NCBI RefSeq assembly: GCF_044647545.1
Contig: NZ_CP172818.1
Direction: 5' to 3' (one strand)
From: Escherichia coli
Lineage (GTDB): Bacteria; Pseudomonadota; Gammaproteobacteria; Enterobacterales; Enterobacteriaceae
Length of the DNA: 64,000 nucleotides
Each line of letters opens with the position of its first letter. The first letter of the stretch is position 1. This document shows positions 1-11,295 of the stretch, in pieces. A model generated the notes under the pieces. The model had not been told where the DNA came from and did not search any database. It saw nothing but the letters and a program-made list of their open reading frames with translations. Both the position numbers and the translations under genes were made by a program.

Positions 1-1476
<1,476 letters not shown>

Positions 1477-1564
1477 TCATTCCAAAAAGTTAAGGACGTG
1501 GCTTGTCAGACGACGGATGAAGCAAGAGACGATCGCCGCAAAGGCGATGCGATAGCAGATTAAC

Positions 1565-1675
1565 TCTTGTTCCCTTCGCAGGTATTAGCCTGATCAGGTT
1601 CCGCGGATCCCGAATAAACGGTCTCAGCCAGTTAAGGCACTCCGACAAGAAATTAGCCCCGCAAACGGGGCGTTG
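1565..1675 (-). ncRNA. TPP (thi-box) riboswitch in the thiC leader
   Basis: Reverse complement contains GGGGCTAAT...CGGAGTGCC...GCTGAGAC...AACCTGATCAGGCTAATACCTGCGAAGGGAAC, with the CTGAGA thi-box hallmark, directly upstream of the thiC start. Confidence 0.7.
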
Positions 1676-1705
1676 AATGTAAATTACGCGTTAACAGCGC
1701 AGAAC

Positions 1706-2182
1706 TCAAGCAGGATGTTTGACGCGGGCGGCGTCAAGCACCAGCAGAATCAGCTTATCTTCCAGCACAAAGCGCGCTTCCAGGGCCTCGCCGATGTCAG
1801 ATAAAACCTGTTGAAACTCAAGGTAATTATCATGATCGATAGCGGTTTCCAGGCTGGAATCGTAGTAATCCATAATCTGTTGGGTATTGGCTTCGAGTTG
1901 TGGCCAAATCTTCGCGGCGCGTGCGAGTTGCCCATTGCCTTCCAGTTTATGAAGAATGCGCTCATAAATACTGAAATGTCCGGCAGACAAGTAATCGACC
2001 AGGCTCTGACAAAAATCATCAAGGGCTTTTTCGTTTAGCCTCATGTACGATTCTTTGCCAGGCTTAATGCCAACCAGATTGTAGTAAGCCACGAGCAGAT
2101 GCTTACGTACATGTAGCCAGCGATCAACCAGTTTGTTACTTCCTCTGACGCGCTCCGTCAGGTTATCGAGCTGGTTAAGCAT
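1706..2182 (-). CDS. rsd: Regulator of sigma D (anti-sigma-70 factor Rsd)
   Basis: 158-aa ORF MLNQLDNLTERVRGSNKLVDRWLHVRKHLL...; position upstream of thiC as in K-12. Confidence 0.9.
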   Translation of the reverse strand: MLNQLDNLTERVRGSNKLVDRWLHVRKHLLVAYYNLVGIKPGKESYMRLNEKALDDFCQSLVDYLSAGHFSIYERILHKLEGNGQLARAAKIWPQLEANTQQIMDYYDSSLETAIDHDNYLEFQQVLSDIGEALEARFVLEDKLILLVLDAARVKHPA

Positions 2183-2276
2183 GATTGACTCCGCAAGTTT
2201 GTATTCAAAAACTGCTCAGTGAGAAATGTAAAAACCATGTTAAACATGCCAGTGATGCAAAGGTAGTGCAAGAGTT

Positions 2277-3050
2277 ATGGATCGTATAATTGAAAAATTA
2301 GATCACGGCTGGTGGGTCGTCAGCCATGAACAAAAATTATGGTTGCCGAAGGGAGAATTGCCATATGGCGAAGCGGCAAATTTCGATCTTGTGGGTCAGC
2401 GCGCACTACAAATCGGCGAATGGCAGGGGGAACCTGTTTGGTTAGTACAACAGCAGCGGCGTCACGATATGGGGTCGGTACGTCAGGTCATTGATCTCGA
2501 TGTTGGGCTGTTTCAACTGGCCGGACGAGGCGTACAACTGGCGGAGTTTTACCGATCGCATAAATACTGTGGTTACTGCGGGCATGAAATGTATCCAAGC
2601 AAAACCGAATGGGCGATGCTGTGCAACCATTGCCGTGAGCGTTACTACCCGCAAATCGCCCCCTGCATTATTGTTGCCATCCGTCGCGATGATTCGATCC
2701 TCCTCGCCCAGCATACCCGCCATCGTAACGGTGTCCATACGGTACTTGCCGGATTCGTCGAAGTGGGCGAAACCCTCGAGCAGGCTGTCGCGCGGGAAGT
2801 GATGGAAGAGAGCGGAATTAAAGTTAAAAACTTGCGTTACGTGACTTCCCAGCCGTGGCCGTTTCCTCAGTCTTTAATGACCGCGTTTATGGCGGAATAT
2901 GACAGCGGCGAGATCGTGATCGACCCGAAAGAATTGCTTGAGGCGAACTGGTATCGCTATGACGATTTGCCGTTACTCCCGCCGCCCGGCACCGTAGCGC
3001 GCCGTCTGATAGAAGATACAGTGGCGATGTGTCGGGCAGAGTATGAGTGA
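2277..3050 (+). CDS. nudC: NADH pyrophosphatase (Nudix hydrolase NudC)
   Basis: 257-aa ORF with the zinc-binding CGYCGHEM...CNHC motif and Nudix box; synteny. Confidence 0.93.
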   Translation: MDRIIEKLDHGWWVVSHEQKLWLPKGELPYGEAANFDLVGQRALQIGEWQGEPVWLVQQQRRHDMGSVRQVIDLDVGLFQLAGRGVQLAEFYRSHKYCGYCGHEMYPSKTEWAMLCNHCRERYYPQIAPCIIVAIRRDDSILLAQHTRHRNGVHTVLAGFVEVGETLEQAVAREVMEESGIKVKNLRYVTSQPWPFPQSLMTAFMAEYDSGEIVIDPKELLEANWYRYDDLPLLPPPGTVARRLIEDTVAMCRAEYE

Positions 3051-3089
3051 TGATACACTGACCGCCTGACGCACTAAGGAACAGCCAAA

Positions 3090-4154
3090 ATGACCGAACT
3101 TAAAAACGATCGTTATCTGCGGGCGCTGCTGCGCCAGCCCGTTGATGTCACTCCAGTATGGATGATGCGCCAGGCGGGTCGCTATCTACCGGAATATAAA
3201 GCCACGCGCGCCCAGGCGGGCGATTTTATGTCGCTGTGCAAAAATGCCGAGCTGGCGTGCGAAGTGACTTTGCAACCGCTGCGTCGCTATCCGCTGGATG
3301 CGGCGATCCTCTTTTCCGATATCCTCACCGTGCCAGACGCGATGGGTTTAGGGCTCTATTTTGAAGCCGGAGAAGGTCCGCGTTTTACCTCGCCAGTCAC
3401 CTGCAAAGCCGACGTCGATAAACTGCCAATTCCGGACCCGGAAGATGAGCTGGGTTACGTGATGAACGCGGTGCGTACCATTCGTCGCGAACTGAAAGGC
3501 GAAGTGCCGCTGATTGGTTTTTCCGGCAGCCCGTGGACGCTGGCGACCTACATGGTGGAAGGCGGCAGCAGCAAAGCGTTCACCGTGATCAAAAAAATGA
3601 TGTATGCCGATCCACAGGCGCTGCACGCGCTACTCGATAAACTGGCGAAAAGCGTCACTTTGTATCTGAATGCGCAGATTAAAGCCGGTGCTCAGGCAGT
3701 GATGATTTTCGACACCTGGGGCGGCGTGCTTACCGGGCGCGATTATCAACAGTTCTCGCTCTATTACATGCATAAAATTGTTGATGGTTTACTGCGTGAA
3801 AACGACGGTCGCCGCGTGCCAGTCACGCTGTTTACCAAAGGTGGCGGACAGTGGCTGGAAGCGATGGCAGAAACCGGTTGCGATGCGCTGGGCCTCGACT
3901 GGACAACGGACATCGCCGATGCGCGCCGCCGCGTCGGCAATAAAGTCGCGTTGCAGGGCAATATGGATCCGTCGATGCTGTATGCGCCGCCTGCCCGCAT
4001 TGAAGAAGAAGTGGCGTCTATACTTGCCGGTTTCGGTCACGGCGAAGGTCATGTCTTTAACCTTGGTCACGGCATTCATCAGGATGTGCCGCCAGAACAT
4101 GCTGGCGTGTTTGTGGAGGCAGTGCATCGCCTGTCTGCGCCTTATCATCTGTAA
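3090..4154 (+). CDS. hemE: Uroporphyrinogen decarboxylase
   Basis: 354-aa [39 protein letters not shown]... Confidence 0.95.
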   Translation: MTELKNDRYLRALLRQPVDVTPVWMMRQAGRYLPEYKATRAQAGDFMSLCKNAELACEVTLQPLRRYPLDAAILFSDILTVPDAMGLGLYFEAGEGPRFTSPVTCKADVDKLPIPDPEDELGYVMNAVRTIRRELKGEVPLIGFSGSPWTLATYMVEGGSSKAFTVIKKMMYADPQALHALLDKLAKSVTLYLNAQIKAGAQAVMIFDTWGGVLTGRDYQQFSLYYMHKIVDGLLRENDGRRVPVTLFTKGGGQWLEAMAETGCDALGLDWTTDIADARRRVGNKVALQGNMDPSMLYAPPARIEEEVASILAGFGHGEGHVFNLGHGIHQDVPPEHAGVFVEAVHRLSAPYHL

Positions 4155-4163
4155 GGAGTGGTT

Positions 4164-4835
4164 ATGGATCTCGCGTCATTACGCGCTCAACAAATCGAAC
4201 TGGCTTCTTCTGTGATCCGCGAGGATCGACTCGATAAAGATCCACCGGATCTGATCGCCGGAGCCGATGTCGGATTTGAGCAGGGCGGAGAAGTGACGCG
4301 AGCGGCGATGGTGCTGCTGAAATACCCCTCGCTTGAGCTGGTGGAGTATAAAGTGGCCCGCATCGCCACCACCATGCCTTACATTCCAGGTTTTCTCTCC
4401 TTCCGCGAATATCCTGCGCTGCTGGCAGCGTGGGAGATGCTGTCACAAAAGCCGGATTTAGTGTTTGTCGATGGTCACGGGATCTCGCATCCTCGCCGTC
4501 TTGGTGTCGCCAGCCATTTTGGCTTATTGGTGGATGTGCCAACGATAGGCGTGGCGAAAAAACGGCTCTGCGGTAAATTCGAACCGCTCTCCAGCGAACC
4601 GGGCGCGCTGGCCCCACTGATGGATAAAGGCGAGCAGCTGGCCTGGGTCTGGCGCAGCAAAGCGCGCTGTAACCCATTGTTTATCGCTACCGGCCATCGG
4701 GTCAGCGTGGACAGCGCGCTGGCGTGGGTACAACGCTGCATGAAAGGCTATCGTCTGCCGGAGCCAACGCGCTGGGCGGACGCGGTGGCCTCGGAACGTC
4801 CGGCGTTCGTGCGCTATACAGCAAATCAGCCCTAA
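4164..4835 (+). CDS. nfi: Endonuclease V
   Basis: [29 protein letters not shown]...; ATG at 4164 is preceded by AGGAG. The track's GTG at 4158 is probably not the start. Confidence 0.9.
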
Positions 4836-4877
4836 TTCAGGTAAACTGCGGATAATTTCCGTATTTGAGAACTCAAC

Positions 4878-5468
4878 ATGTTACAAAACCCAATTCATCT
4901 GCGTCTGGAGCGCCTGGAAAGCTGGCAGCACGTCACTTTCATGGCTTGCTTATGCGAACGCATGTACCCCAATTACGCCATGTTCTGCCAGCAAACCGGT
5001 TTTGGTGATGGGCAGATTTACCGCCGCATTCTCGATCTCATCTGGGAAACGCTGACCGTCAAAGACGCAAAAGTAAATTTCGACAGCCAACTGGAGAAAT
5101 TTGAAGAAGCGATTCCTTCAGCCGACGATTTCGATCTGTACGGCGTTTATCCGGCAATCGATGCCTGCGTGGCGTTAAGTGAACTGGTCCATTCGCGTTT
5201 GAGTGGTGAAACGCTCGAACACGCGGTGGAAGTGAGTAAGACCTCCATCACGACCGTTGCGATGCTGGAAATGACTCAGGCTGGTCGCGAAATGAGCGAT
5301 GAAGAGCTCAAAGAAAACCCAGCTGTAGAGCAAGAATGGGACATTCAGTGGGAAATATTCCGACTTTTAGCTGAGTGCGAAGAACGCGATATCGAGCTGA
5401 TAAAAGGCCTTAGGGCAGACCTGCGTGAGGCGGGTGAGAGCAATATTGGTATAATTTTTCAGCAATAA
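4878..5468 (+). CDS. yjaG: DUF416-family protein YjaG
   Basis: 196-aa ORF; synteny between nfi and hupA. Confidence 0.85.
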   Translation: MLQNPIHLRLERLESWQHVTFMACLCERMYPNYAMFCQQTGFGDGQIYRRILDLIWETLTVKDAKVNFDSQLEKFEEAIPSADDFDLYGVYPAIDACVALSELVHSRLSGETLEHAVEVSKTSITTVAMLEMTQAGREMSDEELKENPAVEQEWDIQWEIFRLLAECEERDIELIKGLRADLREAGESNIGIIFQQ

Positions 5469-5654
5469 GACCAGAAAACGTGATTTAACGCCTGATTTGT
5501 CGTACCTGGAGTCTTCCCTTTCGCCCCCCGTCTGGTCTACATTTGGGGGGCGAAAAAAAGTGGCTATCGGTGCGTGTATGCAGGAGAGTGCTATTCTGGC
5601 ATTTCCGTCGCACTCGATGCTTAGCAAGCGATAAACACATTGTAAGGATAACTT

Positions 5655-5927
5655 ATGAACAAGACTCAACTGATTGATGTAATTGCAGAGAAAGCAGAAC
5701 TGTCCAAAACCCAGGCTAAAGCTGCTCTGGAGTCCACTCTGGCTGCAATTACTGAGTCTCTGAAAGAAGGCGATGCTGTACAACTGGTTGGTTTCGGTAC
5801 CTTCAAAGTGAACCACCGCGCTGAGCGTACTGGCCGCAACCCGCAGACCGGTAAAGAAATCAAAATTGCCGCAGCTAACGTACCGGCATTTGTTTCTGGC
5901 AAGGCACTGAAAGACGCAGTTAAGTAA
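5655..5927 (+). CDS. hupA: DNA-binding protein HU-alpha
   Basis: 90-aa [93 protein letters not shown]. Confidence 0.97.
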
Positions 5928-5939
5928 GATTGCGTGGCA

Positions 5940-6635
5940 GTGAACAGTTTTAACGAAGGGGTGGTTTCACCCCTTTTGTCTTTCTGGCGTCGATCATTGA
6001 TGCTGGCAGGCGCTCTGTTTCTCACTGCCTGTAGTCACAACTCTTCACTTCCTCCCTTTACCGCCAGTGGATTTGCTGAAGACCAGGGCGCGGTACGCAT
6101 CTGGCGAAAAGACAGCGGCGATAATGTGCATCTGCTTGCCGTGTTTAGCCCGTGGCGCAGTGGCGATACCACCACGCGAGAGTATCGCTGGCAGGGCGAT
6201 AACCTCACGCTCATCAATATCAATGTTTACAGCAAACCGCCGGTGAATATTCGCGCGCGTTTTGACGATCGCGGCGATCTGAGCTTTATGCAACGTGAAT
6301 CCGATGGGGAAAAGCAGCAGCTTTCTAACGACCAAATCGATTTATACCGTTATCGTGCTGATCAGATCCGCCAGATTAGCGATGCCTTACGTCAGGGGAG
6401 AGTCGTGCTGCGCCAGGGGCGCTGGCATGCGATGGAACAGACCGTGACCACCTGCGAAGGGCAAACCATTAAACCTGATTTAGATTCGCAGGCGATAGCG
6501 CATATCGAGCGCCGCCAGAGCCGCTCTTCTGTTGATGTCAGCGTGGCATGGCTGGAAGCGCCCGAAGGTTCGCAATTACTGTTGGTGGCAAACTCTGATT
6601 TCTGTCGCTGGCAACCCAACGAGAAAACGTTCTGA
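5940..6635 (+). CDS. yjaH: Putative lipoprotein YjaH (DUF1481 family)
   Basis: Open frame from GTG 5934/5940. The likely functional start is ATG 6000, which gives a lipoprotein signal peptide MLAGALFLTAC and lies downstream of the hupA terminator. Confidence 0.75.
   Translation: MNSFNEGVVSPLLSFWRRSLMLAGALFLTACSHNSSLPPFTASGFAEDQGAVRIWRKDSGDNVHLLAVFSPWRSGDTTTREYRWQGDNLTLININVYSKPPVNIRARFDDRGDLSFMQRESDGEKQQLSNDQIDLYRYRADQIRQISDALRQGRVVLRQGRWHAMEQTVTTCEGQTIKPDLDSQAIAHIERRQSRSSVDVSVAWLEAPEGSQLLLVANSDFCRWQPNEKTF
5955..5980 (+). terminator. Rho-independent terminator after hupA
   Basis: GGGGTGG-TTT-CACCCC hairpin followed by TTTTGTCTTTC. Confidence 0.6.
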
Positions 6636-6636
6636 T

Positions 6637-7062
6637 TTACCAGTGGCCCATACCCATATGACCGCCACCACCGCAGCCGCCGTAGCCCATGCCCATTCCG
6701 GCTCCGCGCGGAATACCCGCTTCAGCCATCGCAATATCTCGTTTCACCCGTAACTCATCTAACGACTGACGCAAATTCTCCATCTCTTTGGCGACCGCGT
6801 TAATTTTGCTGCTATCCGGTGGGTTCGCGGCTAACAGGGCATTGTATTCATAACGCTTCGTCACCAGTTGCTGTTGCAGTGCGCTGCTTTGAGCGTAAAA
6901 GTCATTATGGATTTTCTGCCACGCTGTCTGTTGTTCGCTGGTCAAAGGCGCGGCATTTTGCTGCCACATACCATGTCCGCCGTGAGCAAATGCCGATGTC
7001 GATCCCATCGCCATTGCTGAAAGCGCCATCATTACCAGGGCAATTTTCGTGTTCCGTTTCAT
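6637..7062 (-). CDS. zraP: Zinc-resistance-associated periplasmic protein ZraP
   Basis: 141-aa ORF MKRNTKIALVMMALSAMAMGSTSAFA..., with GGAGG before the ATG at 7062. Gly/Met/His-rich C-terminus. Confidence 0.9.
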   Translation of the reverse strand: MKRNTKIALVMMALSAMAMGSTSAFAHGGHGMWQQNAAPLTSEQQTAWQKIHNDFYAQSSALQQQLVTKRYEYNALLAANPPDSSKINAVAKEMENLRQSLDELRVKRDIAMAEAGIPRGAGMGMGYGGCGGGGHMGMGHW

Positions 7063-7097
7063 GGTTAATCCTCCAGTGGTTGTCTTACTTCGGGTAT

Positions 7098-7113
7098 TGC
7101 ATCTTCCGTGCCA
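7098..7113 (-). promoter_or_regulatory. Sigma-54 promoter of zraP
   Basis: Reverse complement reads TGGCAC-GGAAG-ATGCA, a near-consensus match to TGGCAC-N5-TTGCA, about 35 bp upstream of the zraP start. Confidence 0.7.
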
Positions 7114-7253
7114 ACGGCGAAACGCTGATATGACGGGTAATCTGGCATGATAAACGAGTAAAAATGACTCGCCTGCTGCGGGTAGCGAGTCATTTTTACT
7201 CATTGAAACTTAAGCCTTTGTGTTACAGCGCAGGGTAAGCGCTGATAAAAGAT

Positions 7254-7269
7254 GGCATGATTTCTGCCG
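7254..7269 (+). promoter_or_regulatory. Sigma-54 promoter of zraSR
   Basis: TGGCAT-GATTT-CTGCC about 30 bp upstream of the zraS start; divergent from the zraP promoter. Confidence 0.55.
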
Positions 7270-7299
7270 TCAGAAAGGGATGAGCAGGCAAAGAAGAAG

Positions 7300-8676
7300 A
7301 TGCGTTTTATGCAACGTTCTAAAGATTCCTTAGCTAAATGGTTAAGCGCGATCCTCCCCGTGGTCATTGTTGGGCTGGTGGGGCTGTTTGCGGTGACAGT
7401 GATTCGCGATTATGGGCGCGAGACTGCCGCCGCCAGACAAACGCTGCTGGAAAAAGGCAGTGTACTTATTCGCGCTCTTGAATCCGGCTCGCGCGTCGGT
7501 ATGGGGATGCGCATGCATCATGCGCAGCAGCAGGCCTTACTGGAAGAAATGGCCGGGCAGCCTGGAGTACGTTGGTTTGCGGTCACGGATGAACAAGGAA
7601 CAATCGTGATGCATAGCAACTCCGGCATGGTGGGAAAACAGCTTTATTCCCCGCAGGAAATGCAGCAGTTACATCCGGGAGATGAAGAAGCGTGGCGGCG
7701 GATCGATAGCGCAGACGGCGAGCCTGTTCTGGAAATTTATCGCCAGTTTCAACCGATGTTTGCTGCTGGAATGCACCGGATGCGCCATATGCAGCAATAT
7801 GCCGCGACACCACAAGCAATTTTCATTGCTTTCGACGCCAGTAACATTGTGAGTGCCGAAGATCGTGAGCAGAGAAATACCCTGATTATCCTCTTCGCCC
7901 TGGCGACGGTCTTGCTGGCAAGCGTGTTGTCATTCTTCTGGTATCGTCGCTATCTGCGCTCGCGCCAGTTGTTGCAGGATGAAATGAAGCGCAAAGAGAA
8001 GCTGGTGGCGCTGGGGCATCTTGCGGCAGGTGTTGCCCACGAAATCCGTAACCCACTTTCCTCGATTAAAGGACTGGCGAAATACTTTGCCGAACGCGCG
8101 CCAGCAGGGGGAGAAGCGCATCAACTGGCGCAGGTGATGGCGAAAGAAGCCGACCGTTTAAACCGCGTGGTAAGCGAGTTGCTGGAACTGGTTAAGCCAA
8201 CGCATCTGGCTTTGCAGGCGGTGGATCTCAACACGCTGATTAACCACTCATTACAGCTGGTAAGCCAGGATGCAAACAGCCGGGAGATCCAGTTACGCTT
8301 TACCGCCAACGACACATTACCGGAAATTCAGGCCGATCCGGACAGGCTGACTCAGGTCCTGTTGAATCTCTATCTCAATGCCATTCAGGCTATTGGTCAG
8401 CATGGCGTGATTAGCGTTGTGGCAAATGAAAGCGGAGCGGGCGTGAAAATCAGCGTTACCGACAGCGGTAAGGGAATTGCGGCAGATCAGCTTGAAGCCA
8501 TCTTCACCCCGTACTTCACCACCAAAGCCGAAGGTACCGGACTGGGGCTGGCGGTCGTGCATAATATTGTTGAACAACACGGTGGTACAATTCAGGTCGC
8601 AAGCCAGGAGGGAAAAGGCGCAACGTTCACCCTTTGGCTTCCGGTCAATATTACGCGTAAGGACCCACAAGGATGA
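7300..8676 (+). CDS. zraS: Sensor histidine kinase ZraS
   Basis: 458-aa ORF with N-terminal transmembrane segment, H-box (HEIRNPLSSIKG) and ATPase G-boxes. Confidence 0.9.
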   Translation: MRFMQRSKDSLAKWLSAILPVVIVGLVGLFAVTVIRDYGRETAAARQTLLEKGSVLIRALESGSRVGMGMRMHHAQQQALLEEMAGQPGVRWFAVTDEQGTIVMHSNSGMVGKQLYSPQEMQQLHPGDEEAWRRIDSADGEPVLEIYRQFQPMFAAGMHRMRHMQQYAATPQAIFIAFDASNIVSAEDREQRNTLIILFALATVLLASVLSFFWYRRYLRSRQLLQDEMKRKEKLVALGHLAAGVAHEIRNPLSSIKGLAKYFAERAPAGGEAHQLAQVMAKEADRLNRVVSELLELVKPTHLALQAVDLNTLINHSLQLVSQDANSREIQLRFTANDTLPEIQADPDRLTQVLLNLYLNAIQAIGQHGVISVVANESGAGVKISVTDSGKGIAADQLEAIFTPYFTTKAEGTGLGLAVVHNIVEQHGGTIQVASQEGKGATFTLWLPVNITRKDPQG

Positions 8677-9998
8677 CGCACGATAATATCGATATTCTGG
8701 TGGTGGATGATGACATTAGCCACTGCACTATTTTGCAGGCTTTGCTGCGCGGCTGGGGCTATAACGTGGCGCTTGCGAACAGCGGGCGACAGGCGCTGGA
8801 GCAGGTGCGGGAACAGGTTTTTGATCTTGTGCTTTGCGATGTGCGAATGGCAGAGATGGACGGCATCGCCACGCTCAAAGAGATCAAAGCGTTAAATCCG
8901 GCAATTCCGGTACTGATTATGACCGCGTACTCCAGCGTCGAGACGGCGGTAGAGGCGTTGAAAACCGGGGCGCTGGATTATCTCATCAAGCCGCTGGATT
9001 TCGATAACCTGCAGGCGACGCTGGAAAAGGCGCTCGCACATACGCACAGTGTTGACGCTGAAACGCCTGCGGTGTCTGCCAGCCAGTTCAGTATGGTCGG
9101 TAAAAGCCCGGCGATGCAACACCTGCTCAGTGAAATCGCCCTCGTCGCGCCATCGGAAGCCACGGTGCTGATCCACGGCGATTCCGGCACCGGTAAAGAG
9201 CTGGTCGCCAGGGCGATTCACGCCAGTAGCGCACGTAGCGAAAAACCGCTGGTAACGCTCAACTGCGCGGCGCTCAACGAATCCTTGCTGGAGTCTGAAT
9301 TGTTCGGTCACGAAAAAGGGGCGTTTACCGGGGCCGACAAACGCCGGGAAGGGCGCTTTGTTGAGGCGGACGGCGGCACGTTGTTTCTCGATGAAATTGG
9401 CGATATCTCGCCGATGATGCAGGTGCGTCTGCTACGTGCGATTCAGGAGCGCGAAGTTCAGCGTGTCGGTAGCAACCAGACTATTTCGGTTGATGTCCGG
9501 CTGATTGCGGCGACCCATCGCGATCTTGCCGCAGAGGTGAATGCCGGGCGTTTTCGCCAGGATCTCTACTATCGCCTGAACGTGGTGGCGATTGAAGTAC
9601 CATCGCTGCGTCAGCGGCGGGAAGATATTCCTCTGCTGGCAAACCATTTTCTTCAGCGCTTTGCCGAGCGTAATCGCAAGGCGGTAAAAGGTTTTACGCC
9701 CCAGGCGATGGATCTGCTGATTCACTACGACTGGCCGGGAAATATTCGTGAACTGGAAAACGCGGTGGAACGGGCGGTGGTGCTGCTGACCGGGGAATAT
9801 ATTTCCGAACGCGAGCTGCCGCTGGCGATTGCGAGTACGCCGATCCCGCTGGTACAAAGTCAGGATATTCAGCCGCTGGTGGAAGTCGAAAAAGAGGTGA
9901 TTCTTGCGGCACTGGAGAAAACGGGCGGCAACAAAACCGAAGCCGCCCGTCAGTTAGGGATCACGCGCAAAACGCTCTTGGCAAAACTGTCGCGTTAG
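8673..9998 (+). CDS. zraR: Sigma-54-dependent response regulator ZraR
   Basis: 441-aa ORF with receiver domain, AAA+ sigma-54 activator domain (GESGTGKE, GAFTGA) and C-terminal HTH. Start overlaps the zraS stop. Confidence 0.95.
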   Translation: MTHDNIDILVVDDDISHCTILQALLRGWGYNVALANSGRQALEQVREQVFDLVLCDVRMAEMDGIATLKEIKALNPAIPVLIMTAYSSVETAVEALKTGALDYLIKPLDFDNLQATLEKALAHTHSVDAETPAVSASQFSMVGKSPAMQHLLSEIALVAPSEATVLIHGDSGTGKELVARAIHASSARSEKPLVTLNCAALNESLLESELFGHEKGAFTGADKRREGRFVEADGGTLFLDEIGDISPMMQVRLLRAIQEREVQRVGSNQTISVDVRLIAATHRDLAAEVNAGRFRQDLYYRLNVVAIEVPSLRQRREDIPLLANHFLQRFAERNRKAVKGFTPQAMDLLIHYDWPGNIRELENAVERAVVLLTGEYISERELPLAIASTPIPLVQSQDIQPLVEVEKEVILAALEKTGGNKTEAARQLGITRKTLLAKLSR

Positions 9999-11284
9999 TT
10001 CTGCTCGCGTTCGATAGCGCGCCAGCCGATATCTTTCCGGCAGAAGCAGTCGTCCCAATGGATATCGGTCATTAAGGCATAAGCGCGTTTCTGCGCTTCT
10101 GCCACGGTATGACCCAGCGCGGTGACGCACAGTACGCGCCCGCCGCTGGTCACTACCTGCTCGTCATCCGCCAGTTTCGTGCCAGCGTGGAACACTTTGC
10201 CGTCAGACACTTCTTCCAGCGGCAGGCCGTGGATCACATCGCCGGTGCGGTAATCGCCCGGATATCCACCCGCAGCCATCACCACGCCGAGAGAAGCGCG
10301 TTCATCCCACTCGGACGTTTTCTCGTCCAGCTTGCCTTCACAGGCCGCCAGGCAAAGCTCAACCAGATCGGACTTCATGCGCAGCATAATCGGCTGGGTT
10401 TCTGGATCGCCAAAGCGGCAGTTAAATTCAATAACCTTCGGATTGCCCTGTTTGTCGATCATCAGGCCCGCGTAGAGAAAACCAGTGTAGGTGTTGCCTT
10501 CTGCCGCCATGCCTTTCACGGTTGGCCAGATGATTCGTTCCATCGTGCGCTGATGAACCTCATCGGTCACTACTGGCGCAGGGGAGTAAGCGCCCATCCC
10601 GCCGGTGTTCGGCCCGGTATCTTTATCGCCTACGCGTTTGTGATCCTGGCTGGTGGCCATCGGCAGCACATGCTCGCCGTCTACCATCACGATAAAGCTC
10701 GCTTCTTCGCCGTCGAGGAACTCTTCGATAACAATGCGATGCCCCGCGTCGCCAAACGCGTTGCCCGCCAGCATATCGTGAACAGCCGCTTCCGCTTCTT
10801 CCAGCGTCATCGCTACGATAACGCCTTTCCCGGCAGCCAGACCGTCAGCTTTAATGACGATTGGCGCGCCTTTCTCACGCAGATACGCCAGCGCAGGTTC
10901 TACCTCGGTGAAGTTCTGGTATTCCGCCGTAGGGATCTTATGGCGGGCCAGGAAATCTTTGGTAAACGCTTTTGAGCCTTCCAGTTGGGCCGCACCTGCG
11001 GTTGGGCCGAAGATTTTCAGCCCGGCGGCGCGGAAGGTATCAACCACGCCTTTCACCAGCGGCGCTTCCGGGCCGACGATGGTTAGATCTACCTTTTCGT
11101 TTTGTGCGAAATCCAGCAGCGCCGGGATATCGGTTACGCCGATATCGACGTTTTGCAGTGCAGGTTCCAGCGCAGTGCCTGCGTTACCCGGAGCAACAAA
11201 AACAGTTTCAACCAGCGGCGACTGCGCCGCTTTCCAGGCCAGCGCGTGCTCGCGCCCGCCATTACCGATCACTAATACTTTCAT
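9995..11284 (-). CDS. purD: Phosphoribosylamine-glycine ligase
   Basis: ORF MKVLVIGNGGREHALAWKAAQSPL... (429 aa from the ATG at 11284). Confidence 0.95.
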   Translation of the reverse strand: MKVLVIGNGGREHALAWKAAQSPLVETVFVAPGNAGTALEPALQNVDIGVTDIPALLDFAQNEKVDLTIVGPEAPLVKGVVDTFRAAGLKIFGPTAGAAQLEGSKAFTKDFLARHKIPTAEYQNFTEVEPALAYLREKGAPIVIKADGLAAGKGVIVAMTLEEAEAAVHDMLAGNAFGDAGHRIVIEEFLDGEEASFIVMVDGEHVLPMATSQDHKRVGDKDTGPNTGGMGAYSPAPVVTDEVHQRTMERIIWPTVKGMAAEGNTYTGFLYAGLMIDKQGNPKVIEFNCRFGDPETQPIMLRMKSDLVELCLAACEGKLDEKTSEWDERASLGVVMAAGGYPGDYRTGDVIHGLPLEEVSDGKVFHAGTKLADDEQVVTSGGRVLCVTALGHTVAEAQKRAYALMTDIHWDDCFCRKDIGWRAIEREQN

Positions 11285-11295
11285 CTGTCGCTCCA

